A DNA stretch of 64,000 nt from contig CBDCJH010000002.1 of the NCBI GenBank assembly GCA_965217775.1, positions 4,192,001 through 4,256,000 on the forward strand. Direction: 5' to 3'. Positions within the stretch are counted from its first letter, which is position 1, and each line of letters opens with the position of its first letter. Below are positions 9,726 to 19,763 of this stretch, piece after piece. The stretch is from Acidobacteriota bacterium (GTDB taxonomy: Bacteria > Acidobacteriota > UBA6911 > RPQK01 > JAJDTT01). Both the position numbers and the translations under genes were made by a program. The notes under the pieces were generated by a model. It saw nothing but the letters and a program-made list of their open reading frames with translations. It was not told where the DNA came from and searched no databases.

Positions 9726-10176
9726 GGGCCTGATCACCCCCATCTATGCCCGGGTCGGCGCAAGCTGGTGGAGAGTCTCCGTAACGAGACCGTCGTCGAC
9801 AACGCCGTGGGCTTGGAAATCTTCAGTATCCGGCCTCGCGGTCCGGCCCCGGCGATCCGCCGCGCACTGGTGAAAGAAGATCGCGAGTTCGCGGAGACGC
9901 GTTGGCCCGACGCCGTCTCCTCCCTGGGTTCCACGTCCTCGCGATTCGGTGTCCGCTATCGGACCCGTATCGTCGATTCGCGGGTTCGTTCCGGTCCCGG
10001 CCCCGCAGGCGTTCGTGCCGATCCGGCGAATCGGGGGTGAATCGGGATAGAATCCCGGCGAAAGGGGGCAACGTATGTTGAATTGGTGGCGTGGGCGCCT
10101 GCCGGCAAGTTCCAATCCCCGAGGATCGCGAGAACCGCTACGTCCACCTCGAACCGTCCGTTTCTTCCGAAAACCA

Positions 10177-11964
10177 GTGAGGATCAGGGGTTGGCTCCTT
10201 CCCGGGGCCTGTTTCTGGCTGATGGCCTGTGCGGACGGGTCCGAACGGCCGGACCCAAGCGGCGTGCCCACGTTGACGACGGGATTGGGCAGCGCCCTGG
10301 GCACCCGGGCGTTGACCGTCAACGGATCCATCCATCCTCACGGAGAACCCACCACCTACTACTTCGAATACGGTACGACAAAGGACTACGGGTTCAGGAC
10401 TGCCGAACGGCCCCTTCCGCCCCGCCTGGCCGCCTATTACCACGAGAGCTGGGACGATGGGATGGGGGGATGGGACTCCTGGCTGAACCAGTCCCTCTTG
10501 ACCTCCGGCGGGCTCTCGGGAGGATACGTGAGGCTGGCCGAGCCCAGCCGGAACGACCACAACCACGATGACGGAATCGGCACCCTGCACCTGACCAAGT
10601 ACCTGTGGTGCGGCCGTTGCCTCGTCGCGGACCGGGATCCAGGTCCTTGTCTCGCCGCCGGGGACCCGGACCTGAGGGACGCCAAGGTCACGGTCTGGGT
10701 ACGGGGAAACGACTGGAAACCCAACGGTTCGGAAGTACTCTGGTGGAGTCAGGCCTACGTCAACGTCCAGATGGTGGACGACCCCGGCTGGAGGGCGTCC
10801 AACTGGGCCTACACCGGGTTTCTGCTGACCGATTTCCTCATGGACGGCGAATGGCACAAGGTGGATTACAGACTCTGGAACGACACCTCGTACTGGAGCT
10901 TCGGGGGGAACAATCCCACCCGGCAAGGAGGAGTCGCCCGCCGCTATGACTACGGCTCCATCGACCGGGTCCAGGGTCATCTCAACGACGACTTCTTTCA
11001 CCTGACGGCCTTCATCGACATCGAAAACCCGCCCAGCGGATCCATCGACTTCGACGAGTTCCAACTGGTCTACCGCAACGAGTCGCTGCTGTTCCCCGAC
11101 AACGGAGGCCGTCTGGTGACTTGGCCTCAGGACTCGGCGGACGATCCGGCGACGCTGACCGACGGCTGGCGGCACGGGTCCGGCCGCATGTGGAAGAGCG
11201 CTCCCGATCCGGGAGCGCCCCAGGAGTTCGTCTACGCCTTCGAGCGGCCCGTGGCCATCGACGCGATCCAACTTCACCAGAACCCGGAATGGCCGGGCAA
11301 GGAGGTGGAAGTCCTGGTCTCGGAGGATGAAGAGACCTACACTTCGATCCTCAAGCGGACCCTGCCCCGGGAGGGAGATCCCAACGCCAACTTCGCCTTC
11401 ACCTTGGACCGGGGCCTCGCGGCCCGGGCCGGCCGTCTGAAGGTCCGCCTCCTCTCGGGATACGACAGCCGTCACTGGGGGCTGGGCGAGATCGAGGTCT
11501 TCGGCGACGGCGCGGTCATGCGGACCGACGACGATCTGTACAACGTCAACCTGGACATCGAGCAGCTCACGCCGGGGACCACCTATCACTACCGGCTGGT
11601 GGCCACCAACGAAGCGGGCACGGCCTATGGCGACGACCAGACCTACACCTTGCCCGCGGACCATCGCCCCCTGGTGAAGACCGGGGCGGCAAGCCGCATC
11701 CATGCGGGATCCGCCAAGGTGGAAGGAAGGCTGAACCCCATGGGAGTGCGGACCCGGTTCCATTTCCAGTATGGGACCGATACCGGCTACGGGAGCGAGT
11801 CATCCGCCGGCTATGCCGGGTTGCAGGTGACGCCCCGGCTGGTCTTTTCCAACCTGACGGATCTGGCCCCCGGGACCACCTACCACTATCGCCTGGTGGG
11901 AGAAAACGAGCGGGGCGTCAGCTACGGGGAGGACGCCACCTTCACCACTGTGCCGGCCAGATGA
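10177..11964 (+). CDS. Lipoprotein with FN3-like domains, a lectin-like jelly-roll domain and an F5/8 (discoidin)-like domain
   Basis: Lipobox LMA-C; two 'L.PGTTYHYRLV..N..G..YG.D..F/YT' FN3-like motifs; F5/8-like segment (LTDG..., AFERPVAIDAIQL, LGEIEVFG); start GTG 10177 inferred. Confidence 0.65.
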   Translation: MRIRGWLLPGACFWLMACADGSERPDPSGVPTLTTGLGSALGTRALTVNGSIHPHGEPTTYYFEYGTTKDYGFRTAERPLPPRLAAYYHESWDDGMGGWDSWLNQSLLTSGGLSGGYVRLAEPSRNDHNHDDGIGTLHLTKYLWCGRCLVADRDPGPCLAAGDPDLRDAKVTVWVRGNDWKPNGSEVLWWSQAYVNVQMVDDPGWRASNWAYTGFLLTDFLMDGEWHKVDYRLWNDTSYWSFGGNNPTRQGGVARRYDYGSIDRVQGHLNDDFFHLTAFIDIENPPSGSIDFDEFQLVYRNESLLFPDNGGRLVTWPQDSADDPATLTDGWRHGSGRMWKSAPDPGAPQEFVYAFERPVAIDAIQLHQNPEWPGKEVEVLVSEDEETYTSILKRTLPREGDPNANFAFTLDRGLAARAGRLKVRLLSGYDSRHWGLGEIEVFGDGAVMRTDDDLYNVNLDIEQLTPGTTYHYRLVATNEAGTAYGDDQTYTLPADHRPLVKTGAASRIHAGSAKVEGRLNPMGVRTRFHFQYGTDTGYGSESSAGYAGLQVTPRLVFSNLTDLAPGTTYHYRLVGENERGVSYGEDATFTTVPAR

Positions 11965-11996
11965 CGTGCCGTGAGAGTTGAGCGAGGAGGACCGCC

Positions 11997-13127
11997 ATGA
12001 ACGGATCCCACGATTCCACTCGGAGAGGTTTCCTGGGCCAAGTCGGGCTGGCGGCCACGCTGTCAGCCTGCTCACAGTCGAGCCCGGAAAACGAAGAAAC
12101 AACCTCGAACCGGCCTCGAATCCGCATCGGAACCCGCGTCAACGCCAACTGGATGCAGAGCGAGGACGACGCCGACCTCCGGTTCCTGAAACAGATCGGC
12201 GTGGACCACGTGGACATCGTCCTGAGCATGGTCGAGGGCTACAGCGAGACCGGCAGCTTTACAAGAGATGCGTTCCGGAGTCTCAACGATCGGCTCCAAC
12301 GGGTCGGCCTGCGCATCGAACGGGCCAACTCTCTGGGGCCCCATTATCTGGACGCTCACCTGGGGCGGGGGGCCGGCCAGCAACAGATCGACAACCTGAA
12401 GCGGATCGGAGAGATCCTGGCAGAGCACGAGATCCCGGTGTACGGCATCCAGGCCTGCCAGGCGGCCCTGCACTTGGAGTACTCGCGGACCGCCTGGACT
12501 CGTCCGCGCGGCCGGGGAGGCTACGAGTACTATTCCTTCGACCTGGAGAAATCCAAGGCGGCGCCCCCTCCCAAGTACCGCGTCAGCTCGCAACAACTCT
12601 GGGACGGCCTGTTGAACATCTATCGCCAGGTCATCCCGGTCGTCGACGGGAGCCGCACCCGGGTCGCCATGCACGGAAACGATCCCCCGCTATACGAATA
12701 TCTGGGAAATCCGCAGATTCTGTGCCGGTACAAGGACTTCGACCGGCTCTTTTCAGAAGTCCCCAGTCCCAACAACGGGATCACCTTCTGCGTCGGCACC
12801 CGTTACGAATCCGGAGAGGACGTGTTCGAGGGCATCCGGCATTTCGGACGCCAGGGTAAGCTGTTTCACGTCCACTTCCGGAACGTTCGCGGGACCCTCC
12901 CGGCGAACGGGGGATATTCGGAGGTCGCCGTGGACGAGGGCGACCTGGAGATGGAGAAGGTCCTGCGCACCCTGGCGGAGGTGAATTACGACGGCGTCAT
13001 CGACTACGACCACGCCATGGGAATCACCGGAGACAAGCCTCTGCCGAAGCAGTACATCGCCTTTGCCGTCGGCTACATGAGGGGCCTGCTCCACAGCATT
13101 CCGGGACAACGGCGGGTTCGCGACTGA
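11997..13127 (+). CDS. Mannonate dehydratase (UxuA) family TIM-barrel protein with Tat/lipoprotein signal
   Basis: TRRGFL Tat motif plus LSA-C lipobox; MHGNDPP, SPNNGITFCVG, HVHFRNVRG, DEGD, YDH, AFAVGYMRG. Confidence 0.75.
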   Translation: MNGSHDSTRRGFLGQVGLAATLSACSQSSPENEETTSNRPRIRIGTRVNANWMQSEDDADLRFLKQIGVDHVDIVLSMVEGYSETGSFTRDAFRSLNDRLQRVGLRIERANSLGPHYLDAHLGRGAGQQQIDNLKRIGEILAEHEIPVYGIQACQAALHLEYSRTAWTRPRGRGGYEYYSFDLEKSKAAPPPKYRVSSQQLWDGLLNIYRQVIPVVDGSRTRVAMHGNDPPLYEYLGNPQILCRYKDFDRLFSEVPSPNNGITFCVGTRYESGEDVFEGIRHFGRQGKLFHVHFRNVRGTLPANGGYSEVAVDEGDLEMEKVLRTLAEVNYDGVIDYDHAMGITGDKPLPKQYIAFAVGYMRGLLHSIPGQRRVRD

Positions 13128-13142
13128 CCCGGAGGCGGTCCC

Positions 13143-14600
13143 ATGATCCAAGGCGGCGGCTCCACCGCACTGCTGGTTCTTCTCTCGAGCGTCCCCACCC
13201 TGGCGGAACCGGGTCCAACCGCTTCTCCCCTCACCGTGGGCCGGCAGAGACAGCTCTTCCTCGACGACCGGGTGATCGAATCCACGAAGAATCTGACCCG
13301 TCGGCTGCATCAGCCACGGCGCCATCCCGCCAATCCCCTCCTGGAAGGAGCGCGTTCCTGGGAGAAGTGGCTGTTGGAGGTCAATGGGCGGGCGGTCCTT
13401 TACGATCCGGCTGCCCGCCGGTTCAGGATGTGGTACGGCGCCCACCTGGTGGACGAATCCGCTCCCACCGGCATCCGGTACAAGGTCTGCTATGCCTTCT
13501 CAGAGGACGGAATCCGCTGGCGCCGGCCCCGGCTGGGCCAAGTGGAGTGGGAAGGGTCCCGCGAGAACAACATCCTGCGGTGGGGTGAGAACTGGATGCG
13601 CCGGCCCAACGTGATCCTGGACCCGGGGGACCCCGATCCGGATCGGCGCTTCAAGATGACCTACGTCGACGTAATGGACGGCCGCACCGCCATCGCCAAG
13701 GGATACTCCGGCGACGGGATCGAGTGGCGGCTCAACGCCGACGGCAAACCCTGGTTCTACCGCTACCACAGCGCCAATCTGCTGGGTTGGGATCCGCGCA
13801 TAGGGCACTATGTGCTCTATCCCCGCATGCCCGGCGCCCAGAATTCCATCGGCCGCTCCACCAGCCCGGACTTCACGGCCTGGTCCGAGCCCCGAACCGT
13901 GCTGGCTCCCGGTCCCGAGGAACCGAACCGTCATTTCAAGGGATTGGCGGCGTTCCTCTACGAAGGCCTCTACCTGGGTTGGCTCTGGGTCTTCGAGCGG
14001 GGAGAAACGGGCTGGGCGAGGGCGGACGCGGAGCTCGCCTACAGCCGGGACGGCATCCGCTGGAAGCGAATCTCGCCGGGAGCGTACTTTCTCCCCCGGG
14101 GGGAGCCTTCGTCCTGGGACAGCGAGATGGTCCTGCCGGTGGCACCGGTGATCCATGACGACAAGGTCTGGATCTACTACAGTGGTTGGAACCTTCCCTA
14201 TTCCATGGATGCCATGCTTCGGGCCCAGGACGGGTGGATCGAGGGTGGACGGAGAATGCAGCGGGCCATTGGCTTGGCCACTCTCCGGCGGGACGGATTC
14301 GTCTCCCTGGAAGCCGCAGCCGGGGGCGGATCCCTGACGACACGGCCCCTTGCCGTCCCAGCGGGAACGCTTCGGGTCAACGCCCAGGTCGAGGGCCAGT
14401 TACGGGTCGAGGTCCTGGAAGCGGACGGACGGACGATTCCCGCTTTTTCGAGGGCGGACTGTAACCCCATTCAAGGCGACGGGACCGACCGGCTGGTCCG
14501 GTGGCAGGGAAAACCGAGTCTGGAGACGCTGAGGGGCCGGTCGGTGCGGCTCCGCTTCCACCTGGCGGAGGGCAGGCTCTACAGCTTCCGATTCGAGTAG
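13143..14600 (+). CDS. Exported GH-like beta-propeller protein, paralog 4
   Basis: QLFLDD, HPANP, ELAYSRDGIRW, SWD, LATLRRDGFVS, ends LYSFRFE. Confidence 0.8.
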   Translation: MIQGGGSTALLVLLSSVPTLAEPGPTASPLTVGRQRQLFLDDRVIESTKNLTRRLHQPRRHPANPLLEGARSWEKWLLEVNGRAVLYDPAARRFRMWYGAHLVDESAPTGIRYKVCYAFSEDGIRWRRPRLGQVEWEGSRENNILRWGENWMRRPNVILDPGDPDPDRRFKMTYVDVMDGRTAIAKGYSGDGIEWRLNADGKPWFYRYHSANLLGWDPRIGHYVLYPRMPGAQNSIGRSTSPDFTAWSEPRTVLAPGPEEPNRHFKGLAAFLYEGLYLGWLWVFERGETGWARADAELAYSRDGIRWKRISPGAYFLPRGEPSSWDSEMVLPVAPVIHDDKVWIYYSGWNLPYSMDAMLRAQDGWIEGGRRMQRAIGLATLRRDGFVSLEAAAGGGSLTTRPLAVPAGTLRVNAQVEGQLRVEVLEADGRTIPAFSRADCNPIQGDGTDRLVRWQGKPSLETLRGRSVRLRFHLAEGRLYSFRFE

Positions 14601-14703
14601 CCGCCAAACGGGACCGCAATGGCCGGTTCCGGGAGCACGGCTTCGTAACGTCTCGGGACTGGAGCGCCACGGCGGCGGCCTTCGGCGCCGCGATCGGAGC
14701 CGT

Positions 14704-16050
14704 ATGGTGTCACCCCGGCTGATCTTCAGGGCACACCGGAGCTTGGGCCGGTCCCTCACAGCCTTGCTGGTGGTTGCGGGGATCGTCCTGAAGCTCCTGG
14801 ACCTGGCCTTCGTGGAACTGAACCGACGCTCGGTCATCTTGCCCCATTTCGACGTGACGCTGATTCCGTACCACGATCCCAGGGTCACCAGGCGCCACCA
14901 CCTCCTGCTCGACTACGAGCGGGACCCCCGGATCATCTTCACCGGGGACTCCCGGACCAAGAACGGAGTGGTTCCACAGGTCATGGCCCGGATCCTGGGA
15001 GTGGATCCGGAATCCTTCTTCAACTTCGGAACCGGTTCCCAGGTCGTGCGCTTCGCCCGAGAGGCTTTCCTGCCCCACCTGCTGGAGATGGGGGTACGGC
15101 CCCGGCACCTGGCCTTCTGCGTGAGCCCCGACTGGCCGCTGGCCAAGGAGATCGGCGGGCGGCTGCTGGACAGATATCGGAAGTCTCTGGCCTACCGCAT
15201 GTCCCATCCCGATCCTGACGAAAAGGATCGGTTGGAGCGGACACTGGACCATTTTCTGGCTTGCAACCTGGCGTTTTTCCGCTATCGATCCGACTTGGTG
15301 CACCGCGAGATCCTGCCCGACCTTCGTTGCTGGTTCCTGAACGACTGTCATCTTTCGGCGGCCCAGGCCACCCGGCCGCTACGGTTCAAGGAGGTGGAGT
15401 TTCGCGATGGCTACGTCACTCCCTACGGTTGGAATCCGCAGGCCTGGGAGGGCACGACCACCGGTCTGTACGGGGGACGGGTTCGTTTCGATTCCCGGAC
15501 TCCGTTCGATGCGGACAACCTGACCCGCCTCATCGATGAGGTCCGAGCCGCCGGCATCAACCCGATTCTGCTGCTGCTGCCGGTCCATGCCTCGTTCCGG
15601 GAGGTGCACGGCGAGGCGATGAATCGGAACCTGTCCAGGCTGCGGGAGATCGCAAACCGGCTCGAGGTGGACCTTCTGGCGCCGGCGGGGGAATACTCCG
15701 ACCCCGGTCTCTTCACCGACGGCCATCATCTCTCGTTGCGGGGAGCCGTCTATTTCAGCGCGGGGCTCGCCCCGGATCTGCGGCGCTACCTGGGGAACTC
15801 GAGTGGGACGCCTTCCCAGGCTCACCCGCAGGCGGATGCCGGGGAGCTCACCACCGACGAGTTGGTCGATTGGATCTTCCGCCGGGACCCGGTGATTCGG
15901 GACCATTGGCGGGAAAACCAGCCAGAGCGAGGCCCAGGACGCCTTTCGCATCCGTCCGGTGAGGAATCACGGACCGGGTGGAGCCTCAGGCCTCCTCCAG
16001 GATGGTGGCTGCCAGATAGACGTGCCTTCCCTCTTCCTGCTTCCGGTTGA
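14704..16050 (+). CDS. Membrane-anchored SGNH/GDSL-like hydrolase-fold protein (DUF1574/DltD-like)
   Basis: N-terminal TM helix, IIFTGDSR, FNFG, FTDGHHLS (DxxH). Confidence 0.55.
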   Translation: MVSPRLIFRAHRSLGRSLTALLVVAGIVLKLLDLAFVELNRRSVILPHFDVTLIPYHDPRVTRRHHLLLDYERDPRIIFTGDSRTKNGVVPQVMARILGVDPESFFNFGTGSQVVRFAREAFLPHLLEMGVRPRHLAFCVSPDWPLAKEIGGRLLDRYRKSLAYRMSHPDPDEKDRLERTLDHFLACNLAFFRYRSDLVHREILPDLRCWFLNDCHLSAAQATRPLRFKEVEFRDGYVTPYGWNPQAWEGTTTGLYGGRVRFDSRTPFDADNLTRLIDEVRAAGINPILLLLPVHASFREVHGEAMNRNLSRLREIANRLEVDLLAPAGEYSDPGLFTDGHHLSLRGAVYFSAGLAPDLRRYLGNSSGTPSQAHPQADAGELTTDELVDWIFRRDPVIRDHWRENQPERGPGRLSHPSGEESRTGWSLRPPPGWWLPDRRAFPLPASG

Positions 16051-17365
16051 AGTAGTAGGTCAGGAGGACCCGTCCGTCCGGCATCAGAGCGCCCTGGGGG
16101 TAACCCAGATCGCGCATGAAGCCATCGTCTCTCACCACCAGTTCCTCGGCCTCGTCGATCTGTTCGCACTCCGGGTCCAGCAGGCGCGCCCGGACCCCGA
16201 AGGGTTCCTGCCGGTAGCCGTAGGCGAGGAGGATCCGCCCACTGGGCATTGCCACGGCCCAATAGGGGTAACCCCACAGTCGATGGCGGGCCGGTGGACT
16301 CCAGGTCTTTCCGCCGTCTGTCGAGGTCGCCGTCACCAGGCGTCCAGCCGGGTTGACGGGGCCGCCCCAATTCTCCCGCTGGCGTTCGGTGGCGCCGGCG
16401 TGAATTCGGATGAAGGCCACCAGTTTGCCCGAGAGCGTCTCCTGGACGAAGGTTTCGTTGTAGGCGATGGCGCCGTCGACCAGGGCGCCGGACGGCAGCT
16501 CCAACGGATCCGAGGGTCCCGCGATTTCTCCCACGAACGACCAGCTCTTGCCCAGGTCCGGCGATTCCATCAAGGCCGAGCGCCAGGGATTGGGATAGGA
16601 GTACAGGGGAAGGACGAGCCGTCCGCTCCGGAGCTGGATGACGGGGCTCCGGAGGTTCGCGGGCGAAGGAGCCCCGGGCAACAGGGAGGGGACGCCGTCG
16701 ATGGGAGAGACCCAGTAGCGCGGACTCCAGGTTCGGCCCCGATCCAGGGATCGCCTCACGCTGACGCCGGAGATCACGGCATAGGTTCCCAGTTTCTCGG
16801 CGCTGTAGGACAGGCGATAGCGTCCGGCGCCGCCCGGGACCCTTTCCTGGGGCAAGGCCCGAACCCGCTCATAGGCGGCCCTGGTGACGGGCTCCATGAC
16901 CGAAGTGCAGTAGAGGACGGAGCCGTCCGCGAGCAGGGTCAGATTGACGTTGTGAACTCCGCCGTAGTCGACCGGGACCGGAGTTCCCCAGGTCTTTCCT
17001 CCATCACGGGAACTGACGACGAAGTTCTCCGTTTCGATGTGTGTGTGCTTGCGGGCGGCGGCGGGATGCCTCCGGAAGGCCAGCAGGATCTCACCGTCCG
17101 GGAAGATGACCGGAGAGGGTCCGGGACCATAGTAATAGTGCGGGTTTTTCCGAATGTCGAATTCCCGCACCTTCTTCAGTCGCCCGGGGCCGGCTGGCGC
17201 ACTTCCCAGCGCCGTCACGGGAAGTGCGGAGGCGGGCGCCCAAGCGAGGACAGCGGCGCCGAGTCGCGACGCGTCTCTCAAGAAAGTTCGTCTGTCGGGC
17301 AGTGACGATCCAGACGCCGACTGGCGTGCCGATGTGCTCCCAAGGGTGGGACTGCCCGAAGACAC
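15986..17365 (-). CDS. BNR/Asp-box (sialidase-like) beta-propeller protein with Tat-like signal
   Basis: RRTFLR motif; Asp boxes SRDGGKTW, SLDRGRTW, SPDLGKSW, STDGGKTW; GYP; start GTG 17365 inferred. Confidence 0.7.
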   Translation of the reverse strand: MSSGSPTLGSTSARQSASGSSLPDRRTFLRDASRLGAAVLAWAPASALPVTALGSAPAGPGRLKKVREFDIRKNPHYYYGPGPSPVIFPDGEILLAFRRHPAAARKHTHIETENFVVSSRDGGKTWGTPVPVDYGGVHNVNLTLLADGSVLYCTSVMEPVTRAAYERVRALPQERVPGGAGRYRLSYSAEKLGTYAVISGVSVRRSLDRGRTWSPRYWVSPIDGVPSLLPGAPSPANLRSPVIQLRSGRLVLPLYSYPNPWRSALMESPDLGKSWSFVGEIAGPSDPLELPSGALVDGAIAYNETFVQETLSGKLVAFIRIHAGATERQRENWGGPVNPAGRLVTATSTDGGKTWSPPARHRLWGYPYWAVAMPSGRILLAYGYRQEPFGVRARLLDPECEQIDEAEELVVRDDGFMRDLGYPQGALMPDGRVLLTYYFNRKQEEGRHVYLAATILEEA

Positions 17366-17393
17366 GATCGATGGACCCGACCGGCCGGAGGCT

Positions 17394-18053
17394 TCAATCG
17401 ATGGCGAAGCAGTAGTACAGCCCATCGCCTCCGGTACCCTGCAGGTTCTCCTGGCTGCAGCCCCGAGAGCCATGCGCCGAATTCCACGAGGTGGGATTCT
17501 TGCCCCCACCGGTGCGGTCGTGGTGCCCGACCTGGGCGCTGCCTTCCCCGTGACTCGTCCAGTTTCCGCAGGTGGTGTCGTCGCTGCCCGGAAGGGCCGT
17601 GCCATCCAATTGCGAACCGGTCAGGACATCGTGCCGGTTGGGACTGTCTCCCCGGCCGTTGACCATCCTTCCGTACTCGTTCAGCTGCGTCTCCTTGGTC
17701 AAGTTGTTCTTGTCCGAATGGAGATCGTCGACGTCGCTGGCGATCTGCACACCCTTGGCGTTGAACCAGGGTCCGCTGCCGATCCGGTCCCTGGCGTTGA
17801 CGGACGGCTGCCCGCCCGAGGCGGTCGCGCTCAGATACGCACGCCAGGTGCGGCTGCCGGCCCCCACGGCTCGAGCCAGCATCTGGCAGCGGCCGTCGGC
17901 TCCGGCCAACCCTCCCAGATCGGCTCCGTTCCCGGGACCCGAACTGACGATGAAGAAGCTCATCTTGGGATCCGCATTCTGAGCCGACACCGGGAGCGCG
18001 GCGAGTGCACCCACCAAGACTGCGGCGAGGATAAGGGGGAGTGTCTTGTTCAT
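17394..18053 (-). CDS. Secreted endostatin/collagen-NC10-like ('lectin') domain protein
   Basis: Signal peptide; GADLGGLAGADGRCQMLA...WRAYLS, CGNWTS, LYYCF. Confidence 0.7.
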   Translation of the reverse strand: MNKTLPLILAAVLVGALAALPVSAQNADPKMSFFIVSSGPGNGADLGGLAGADGRCQMLARAVGAGSRTWRAYLSATASGGQPSVNARDRIGSGPWFNAKGVQIASDVDDLHSDKNNLTKETQLNEYGRMVNGRGDSPNRHDVLTGSQLDGTALPGSDDTTCGNWTSHGEGSAQVGHHDRTGGGKNPTSWNSAHGSRGCSQENLQGTGGDGLYYCFAID

Positions 18054-18262
18054 CTCGATTCTCCTGCGATTTGAGACTTGGAAGCTTCGTGGAATGGTAC
18101 CACTTTGCCCTTTCGAACGGAGCGACCGGGGGAACGCCGTGCGGAGCTTCAGGAGTTCCCCCAAGAAATTAGGTTAAATCTCCGCAAGTGGTTGAAAGCA
18201 CGAGAGTCAGAAGATTCGACAAGTGGAATCGGTCGAATTGACCAAAAATGGGAGAAGCCCTC

Positions 18263-18329
18263 GTAGGGGCGACCCTTGTGGTGCCCTCCCCGGGCCGAGC
18301 AGTGGGGGGCGACAGCGGGCACCCACTAC
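18263..18329. repeat. Inverted doublet of GTAG-type REP-like sequences (REPIN-like)
   Basis: GTAGGGGCGACCCTTGTGGTGCCCT at 18263 and inverted degenerate partner ending ...GGGCACCCACTAC at 18329. Confidence 0.55.
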
Positions 18330-18475
18330 GTTGCGATCCTCGTTCAACCCAGCTTCCCCTGTTCTCCCGAACTCCCAGAAAAATGGGGAAGGCCCTGGCG
18401 GAGCTTCGGTTGAAGTGATCCGGGAAGAGAGGTTAGTCTCCGTCACACCGTTTCCGAAGCAGAGGAGGAAAGACG

Positions 18476-19636
18476 ATGACGAATCAGCGAATGGATCTGG
18501 TCGCAGTTCTGGTATTGGCCCTTGGGTGGATGTTCGCGCCATTGCCCCGACATCTGGCGGCGCAGCAGGAGTCCGGACAGTACGAACACATCGACGGCGC
18601 CGTGATCTACGATCACGATCCGTCCACCAAACTGGGTGATGACGTCTTCGGCAACGTCATTGCGGATTTCGAGAACGATGTGCCCGGGCGTTGTTCCCAC
18701 GGAGGGCCGGTCTGCCTGGAATACCCCAACGGCAACGTCGTCGCGTTCTATGCCAACACCAGCGACCACAACCTGGACGGTTGGAGCGAATATGCCGTCA
18801 GCGGGGACCGGGGCAAGACCTGGAACCGCTACAACCGGGTCCCCTACTCCTTCGACGCCTACATCAGAAATCAGAAATTCCCGGTCTGGGTCGAGGAGGG
18901 TCTGGTCACGGAACGGGGGACCATCGTCCTGTTCCTCACCCACTTTGAGATCGGGAGCGAGGCATCCCGGATCCGGCTGGGCACCATCCGGAGCTACGAC
19001 AACGGCGGCACCTGGACCGATTACGAAACCCTGGATGGGAATTTCGTCGGTTATCCCTGCTCCACGGCCGTGTCGGGCGAAACCAACTACGTCATGGTCG
19101 ACAGCAGTGCGGGTCCCCATGTCCTTTACGTCAGCACGGATGACGGACGGACCTTCAGCAAGAGAAGCACCATGTCGCTGGACGACGACAAATGGTACGG
19201 AACCATGACCATCATGGCGGACGGCCGACTGCTTGCCGGCGCCTATACCCATCACGACGAGGATCACTTCTACTACTGCATCAGCAAAGACCAGGGACGC
19301 AGTTGGGGACCTCAGCAGAAAGCCTTCGTGGACAAGATGATTCGCGACCCCGAGCTCGCCTATCTCGGCGGCAAGTACTACCTGCATGGAAGGTCGGGGC
19401 ACAACGGAGAGGGGAGCCGCCGGTTCGTGCTCTACCAGTCGGACGACGGCGTCAACTGGGGGAACGGCATCATCGTCAGCGGAGATAAGGAACACCCCGA
19501 CGGCTACAGCCAGAACTGCGTCATCAACACCTACGACGATTCGGTCGCGGACGAGCTGATGGTGGTCTACAGCATCGTCTACAAGGGCCGCGACACCAAC
19601 GAATACGTGTTCTTCATCCGCCCGGACGGAAAATGA
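18476..19636 (+). CDS. Secreted BNR/Asp-box (sialidase-like) protein
   Basis: GAGGAGG RBS, signal peptide, five Asp boxes (SGDRGKTW, SYDNGGTW, STDDGRTF, SKDQGRSW, SDDGVNW). Confidence 0.8.
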   Translation: MTNQRMDLVAVLVLALGWMFAPLPRHLAAQQESGQYEHIDGAVIYDHDPSTKLGDDVFGNVIADFENDVPGRCSHGGPVCLEYPNGNVVAFYANTSDHNLDGWSEYAVSGDRGKTWNRYNRVPYSFDAYIRNQKFPVWVEEGLVTERGTIVLFLTHFEIGSEASRIRLGTIRSYDNGGTWTDYETLDGNFVGYPCSTAVSGETNYVMVDSSAGPHVLYVSTDDGRTFSKRSTMSLDDDKWYGTMTIMADGRLLAGAYTHHDEDHFYYCISKDQGRSWGPQQKAFVDKMIRDPELAYLGGKYYLHGRSGHNGEGSRRFVLYQSDDGVNWGNGIIVSGDKEHPDGYSQNCVINTYDDSVADELMVVYSIVYKGRDTNEYVFFIRPDGK

Positions 19637-19763
19637 AGCCGGCGCGGGTCCCTTCCGGAGGAGATTCGCCGCGACCTCGCGCTTCCGGGTGCTCCGAGTT
19701 GGGAAGCGCCCCCTTTTGGAGGTTGTTGTTCGCCCTGAAACGGAAGTCATCGGAGAATAGTTT

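Noticed and set aside
9730-10075. Possible small gene or structured RNA upstream of the FN3 lipoprotein
   Set aside because: No recognisable protein motif, RBS or riboswitch consensus; cannot be supported without an Rfam search.
15986-16050. 65-bp convergent overlap between the SGNH-like and Asp-box genes
   Set aside because: Probably a non-conserved C-terminal run-on in high-GC DNA; no evidence of function.
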